This document shows, one piece after another, positions 12,159 to 17,844 of a stretch of 17,844 bases of DNA. The stretch's first letter is position 1; each line of letters starts with the position of its first letter. Source of the DNA: a virus (lineage: Duplodnaviria; Heunggongvirae; Uroviricota; Caudoviricetes); IMG/VR virus record IMGVR_UViG_2534682338_000008, positions 1 through 17,844 of that record; one strand, written 5' to 3'. The translations under genes were made by a program, and so were the position numbers. The notes beneath the pieces are model-generated. The model had not been told where the DNA came from. It ran no database searches and saw only the letters and a list, made by a program, of their open reading frames with translations.

Positions 12159-12166
12159 TATTTATT

Positions 12167-12955
<789 letters not shown>

Positions 12956-12967
12956 TTACTGGTTTAT

Positions 12968-16606
<3,639 letters not shown>

Positions 16607-16615
16607 CTATATTCC

Positions 16616-17011
16616 TTATGGTTTTTGAGTTGCTACAATATTTATTGCAAACGATAACGATTGATAGCCAGTAGTTGGATCTGTTACCTGTTCGCTATCT
16701 TGAAACTCATAAGAAAGTAGAGTGACGTTATTATCTTTAAACTCTTTAATAGTATTAGTACGGAAGTATTCGAAAATAGTACCGAAGGTATCAGCCGGAA
16801 GTTGTACTGATGGTTCCGGTACTAGGAGAAATTGAAAATCAAATGTCCCTGTCTGGCGTTGTGTACCAAAGTTAGTTGGTGAATATGTCTGATTTACTGA
16901 TACTAAGATGAATAGGTCTTTACCTGCCTGAATATTCATTGCCTTACGTATTGGCATGATATTATTAAGGCTAGTTCTAATTGTCTTCTGTACGTCGCTT
17001 AATAGTGCCAT
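16616..17011 (-). CDS. tail terminator / tail completion-like protein (by position)
   Basis: 131-aa ORF between the capsid gene and the tail genes. Same length as lambda gpU, with only loose resemblance. Low confidence. Confidence 0.4.
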   Translation of the reverse strand: MALLSDVQKTIRTSLNNIMPIRKAMNIQAGKDLFILVSVNQTYSPTNFGTQRQTGTFDFQFLLVPEPSVQLPADTFGTIFEYFRTNTIKEFKDNNVTLLSYEFQDSEQVTDPTTGYQSLSFAINIVATQKP

Positions 17012-17012
17012 A

Positions 17013-17333
17013 TTACCACCCGTAATTATTAATTGTAGATGGTCTTATGTAAACTTCACAAATACCACTCAAATCATTATAGATATTGTATACAGTGTAG
17101 TTTGTACCCTGTACGCCTACTTCGGAATCAATAGCGATACTGTAAGTAGATAGGTCATCAGTTTTTACTGATAGAAATGTTTCTGTACTTTCTACTAGTC
17201 CTTCAGTACCGCTATCAACGACAACGAGGCGATGATCTACGATTGCCGTAAAACTCGCCCCGTTAATTGTGATAGGTTCACCAAAGGCATTTAAGAAAGT
17301 AGAATCAATTTGATTGCTAGTAAAATGCCTCAT
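17013..17333 (-). CDS. head-tail connector / head completion-like protein (by position)
   Basis: 106-aa ORF immediately downstream of the capsid gene. No motif recognised. Confidence 0.35.
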   Translation of the reverse strand: MRHFTSNQIDSTFLNAFGEPITINGASFTAIVDHRLVVVDSGTEGLVESTETFLSVKTDDLSTYSIAIDSEVGVQGTNYTVYNIYNDLSGICEVYIRPSTINNYGW

Positions 17334-17346
17334 AGTAAAAAGTACC

Positions 17347-17844
17347 TTATGCTTTTAGTTGTAGTTGTACGAATGCTTCCTCGTGAGCGATTGCCACATC
17401 TAGGTATTGGAAACTACGGATTGCGATAGTTTGAGCTGCACGGTAAGTAGTATCATCAAAATCTAGTTCCTGACCTTCGTTCCAGTTAGCGAAAATTAGT
17501 TCAGAAAAATCGCCAATTAGAATGGTGTCGCTACCTACAAACGTAGACTCCAACACGCGGATCTCGTCATTGAGCCACATGTCATAGCGATGACCGGACA
17601 CAAGGGCGACGGCGGCAGTGTTATTAAGTACAGCGGTTTGACGTAGTTTTGCTAGCATAGAAGGATGGACAATTGCCACACAACGATTGATATCAACGTT
17701 TTTAGAGGAGATAGCTTCAATTGCTTTTTGTACGTCTGCTTCGGATACTTGACCAGATACGCCAGTTTGCTGTACTGGAACGGTAGTAGCGATTTGTGCA
17801 AATACTGCTGATTCTAGACCGTTAGCACATTGGCGTAGTAGTTC
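17347..17844 (-). CDS. major capsid protein, C-terminal part (gene continues beyond the right edge of the window)
   Basis: The minus-strand frame is open from the window edge to a stop at 17347; the track's GTG start at 17679 is internal. The C-terminal sequence (...SDTILIGDFSELIFANWNEG...) resembles HK97-fold capsid protein C-termini, and the gene sits upstream of the connector and tail genes. Confidence 0.5.
   Translation of the reverse strand, partial: ELLRQCANGLESAVFAQIATTVPVQQTGVSGQVSEADVQKAIEAISSKNVDINRCVAIVHPSMLAKLRQTAVLNNTAAVALVSGHRYDMWLNDEIRVLESTFVGSDTILIGDFSELIFANWNEGQELDFDDTTYRAAQTIAIRSFQYLDVAIAHEEAFVQLQLKA

Overview
This window looks like the late (virion structure and lysis) region of an AT-rich tailed dsDNA phage or prophage with a lambda-like siphovirus tail. 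Most genes are on the minus strand, in the order: major capsid protein C-terminus (runs off the right edge), two small connector/terminator-like proteins, a 1211-aa tail fibre, the major tail tube gene, tail assembly chaperones, tape measure protein, three tail-tip proteins, a J-like central tip protein, three small tip-associated proteins and a small membrane protein. A T4-type lysozyme sits alone on the plus strand between two bidirectional terminators, followed by a minus-strand cassette of four unknown genes and a partial plus-strand gene at the left edge. The most notable calls are: (1) the tail tube gene is split by a 270-nt ORF-less group I intron; (2) the fibre carries an N-terminal domain paralogous to the tube protein and a C-terminal self-cleaving chaperone domain; (3) the chaperone pair is set up for a -1 frameshift on an A8 run. 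All homology statements are from reading the translations and from memory of the protein families; no database search was run.
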